From Octopus vulgaris (taxonomy: Eukaryota), in NCBI GenBank assembly GCA_951406725.2, contig OX597814.1:136958001-137022000 (forward strand): 64,000 nucleotides of DNA, given 5' to 3'. Position numbers and translations under genes: made by a program. The stretch's first letter is position 1; every line of letters starts with the position of its first letter. The notes beneath the pieces were generated by a model, which saw nothing but the letters and a program-made list of their open reading frames with translations, had not been told where the DNA came from and made no database searches. Of the stretch, positions 60,316 to 64,000 are shown piece after piece.

Positions 60316-60969
60316 TATATACATATATGTATGTGTGTGTATATGTTTGTGTGTTTGTGTTTGCCCCTCACTCCATTGCTTGACAACCGAGGTTGGTGCG
60401 TTTACGTCCCCATAACTTAACGGTTCGGCAAAAGAAGCCGATAGAATAAGTACTAGGCTTACAAAGAATAAGTCCTGGGGTCCAGTATGGCCGCAGTCAA
60501 ATGACTGAAACAAGTAAAAGAATAATATATATATATATATATAATTCAAATTTACAGAAGACAAAGGACGAAGACAGGTAAGGAAACAGCAAGCAGGCGT
60601 ATTAGTTTGATGCTCGGGAAGAATAGAAAAGTCTTTGACATTTCGAACTTACACTCTTCGACAGAAAGGGATGAAAAGGGAAAAAATGGAGAAACAAAAA
60701 TGGAGACAGAAAAAGACTGTGTAAGGATTAACATGATAAATATATAGTCCGTATTCATTTAAGAGAAGAAAATGGAGAGATAATGGTTAATAATTATTTA
60801 TTAATAAATTGATAATCATTTATTCTACAATTGTTTCAACTTGTACTCATTCAATAAATTACAAATTTATGCAATAAATATGCATTTATAAGTTATGAAC
60901 AAAATATCATCAGGGAAATATTAAACCTTAAAAAATTACATGTTGACCAATCTGTTCTTTCCAGCATAG

Positions 60970-61026
<57 letters not shown>

Positions 61027-61055
61027 TTGTGTGTGTGTGTGTGTGTTTGTATGTA

Positions 61056-61128
<73 letters not shown>

Positions 61129-62086
61129 TTTTATCTTTTATCTGCAGCAATGCTGGTGCATCACCTTGAAGAGTTTCGGTCGAATGAATAGAATCCAGTT
61201 CTTATATTTTAAAAGTAGACACTTATTTATCGGCTCTCTTTTGCCGAACCTCTAGGTTATGGGTGCAAAACCGGTTGTTTGAAAGTCATGTTTTCATTTC
61301 ATTTCAGACTACAGATGTATTAAATTTCATACATGTGAGGTCACTAATAACTTTCCCATGAAATTGCGCAGTTGTTTAGTTAACCTTTTTAAAGTAATGT
61401 TTTTATAAACAATGTATGTGTGCGTGCACGTAAGAGTGAGGTTTTGTTTGCGTTTGCGTTTGCGTATGTGTGTGTGTGTGTGTGTGTGTATTAGTTCGTC
61501 CGTCATTGTTGACAATACACATGCATATAAATATACATATAGACACACACATAAAACTGCAAATGCATATATATATACATATATATACACCCATACATAT
61601 ATGTGTGTGTATGCATACAAATGCATGCACACATACATATGCATACACATAGATATGCATACACACACATACACACACACAAACAGGCATATATATATAT
61701 ACATATACAAAAAACATATATGTACGTAGACACATATACACATACAGGTATACAGATATACGTATAAGTATATCAATTAAATTAAACATTTCGAAATCAA
61801 TGTCTTTTTCCCCAAACGAGGACGGAATTCAGTGAGACAGTTATTTACTAAAGAAATATTTACCCTCCAGCATTCAAGGTGCTAACAATTCGGTTCTTTG
61901 TTCAAACATTTGCTAACTTGAAGCATAGTTGTTAATTTTTCACTCAAACCTCACACAACATGTTTCATTTTGAAGTTACTGTTCCTGAATGTTTGTACTT
62001 TACAATCGACCGAGTAATTTACAATTCATGAGGATTTCTCTCACACAAGAATCTGCATATATATTTATCATGTATATATATGTATG

Positions 62087-62117
<31 letters not shown>

Positions 62118-62140
62118 ATATTATGTATATATATATGTAT

Positions 62141-62191
<51 letters not shown>

Positions 62192-62221
62192 GGCATATAT
62201 ATATATACATATATATATACA

Positions 62222-62408
62222 AATTATAATTAAGGGTATCTAAGATACCACGATGCTAGATATAGCATCAGCATAAACCTGACTCTATTTACTGCGGTGG
62301 TATTATGACTATATCGCACGAGGAGTTTAGGTGGGCAATTTAAACTGGTCGTGTGCATACGTGCATATATATGTGTGTATACGTGCGTATCTGTAAGTAT
62401 TCGTATGT

Positions 62409-62480
<72 letters not shown>

Positions 62481-62696
62481 ATTTATGTACTATTTTGTAT
62501 GTATCCCACTGATGAGGCAAAGCATTTCTTATGCAAAGCCAGAAATCCGGGATCTGAAATTATAATTTTTTGCTAGTTTATTTTGTCTCCTTGTCTTCTC
62601 TCCTGGAGCTGTATGAAAATTTGATGTAGTTTTAGAGTCAAGTTTTGGCTGCTATATCTAGCATGGGGGTATCTTAGATACCCTTCATTATAATTT
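62222..62696. mobile_element. Fold-back non-autonomous element with internal hammerhead-like motif
   Basis: ~45-bp inverted arms (62222-62267 / 62650-62696); CTGATGA-ggc..gcat/atgc..gcc-aGAAATCCGGGATC at 62509-62554. Confidence 0.6.
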
Positions 62697-62829
62697 TAAT
62701 AATATGAGGTTTTTATTCCCATGCAAGCCACTTGATATGATTGGTATTTTAAATAACGATCTTATCCTTATTTTTATAAATTTATATATATATACATACA
62801 TACATATATATATACATATATAAATATAC

Positions 62830-62866
<37 letters not shown>

Positions 62867-63247
62867 CACATATATATGTGCATACACTAACAATATCAGC
62901 AGCAGCAGCGAACGTGTGTATTACAGGATCACGTTAGCGGCTTCCTTAATCCTATTGTTAGCTTCTCTGTTCCTTCATTTCCTTTATATATCAATCTATA
63001 ATACTAATAACCTGTGTTAATAATTGAAAATATTTACCCAACTAAACCCCTACCTCCATAAAAAAAAGCAATGCGGGATCTACATATCTCCAAAATGAAG
63101 GATCTCTGTTTAGACGGTGAACAAGATGTGAAATCTGAAGAGGGTGAGAATAAAGACGGTAAAGGAGAAATGTCGGCCCAGAAACGCTTGTTTCCTTGGA
63201 ATGGTGAAAATGGTCGTCCATCAAACAAAAAAAATACATACTTAAAA

Positions 63248-63285
<38 letters not shown>

Positions 63286-63534
63286 TTCGATAATAAACTG
63301 TGGACGAGATCTGATAGGGTTGAATGTTTCCACATAGTAATGGAATCAAGCAACTCAGCACAAGTCACTGATGTTTTTGGAATGTGCATCCTATTCCAGA
63401 TAAAGTTCTGGTTTCCCAAACTGGACGGATGTAGTTTATATAAGGATGCTGCTCTCTTCATATTAGATTGTTGTAGTAGAATGGTGAGAAATTTTCTTGA
63501 TGTAATGTTCTCTCTGAATATCGGATTATTTTAA

Positions 63535-63660
63535 CTATACCAGAAACCGAACAAACATTTAAGGTACGTTAATAAAAATCCAATTATCCACACTCTATCA
63601 TAACAGGAATCATAAACAATATATCCAATCAAATATGTAGACTTTCGGCAAATGAAATAT
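63535..63660 (+). mobile_element. Penelope-like RT thumb fragment
   Basis: YQKPNKHLRYVNKN..YPHSIITGIINNISNQICRLSANE (one frameshift). Confidence 0.6.
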
Positions 63661-64000
63661 GTCGTCTTATTTTATTATACTTTTTCTTGGCTCTATAATA
63701 GTAAGAATATATGTAAGAAGTATGTGCGTATGTATGTGTGTGCGTGTGTGTGTATGTGTATGTATATATAAATAGATACATGTGTTATACATAAAGATAT
63801 AAAGACTACTTTGTATGTATGTTACACATTCAATCAAATTTTAATCTTACATGTATTGATGCGTAGTATGACCTGTCGGTCACGCTAGAGGATGAGGGGA
63901 GTGAAACAACTAAAAGAATGCAAGTGAATGACCCTTACAGATGTTAAAAGACAGACAACAGCATTTAGAGGCTTTGCTCCTAAGATGCTGATATTCTAAT

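Overview
AT-rich, microsatellite-saturated animal DNA. An octopus/cephalopod origin is inferred from the SINE families and repeat style, not proven. The window holds one complete 7-coding-exon gene on the minus strand (CDS 51040->6502, 2634 nt, 877 aa; every GT-AG junction is phase-compatible). The predicted protein has a signal peptide, two tandem GPR158/179-type ectodomain modules (Cache-like + EGF-like) joined by a linker with two furin sites, and a GPI-anchor-like tail; it has no 7TM domain. The introns and flanks are filled with transposons: piggyBac, mariner/Tc1, RTE, Helitron-like, tRNA-SINEs and several Penelope-like remnants. About 11 minimal hammerhead-ribozyme motifs occur in repeats. 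The largest intron contains a nested (TAA)n-targeting stack (19.1-27.2 kb): a tRNA-headed, hammerhead-bearing element split by three non-coding TAA-tailed retro-units, a ~3.1 kb pure (TAA)n tract and an R4/Dong-like RT-REL LINE flanked by an apparent ~80-bp target duplication. Most ORFs in the supplied track are microsatellite artefacts. All calls are by eye; repeat boundaries are approximate.
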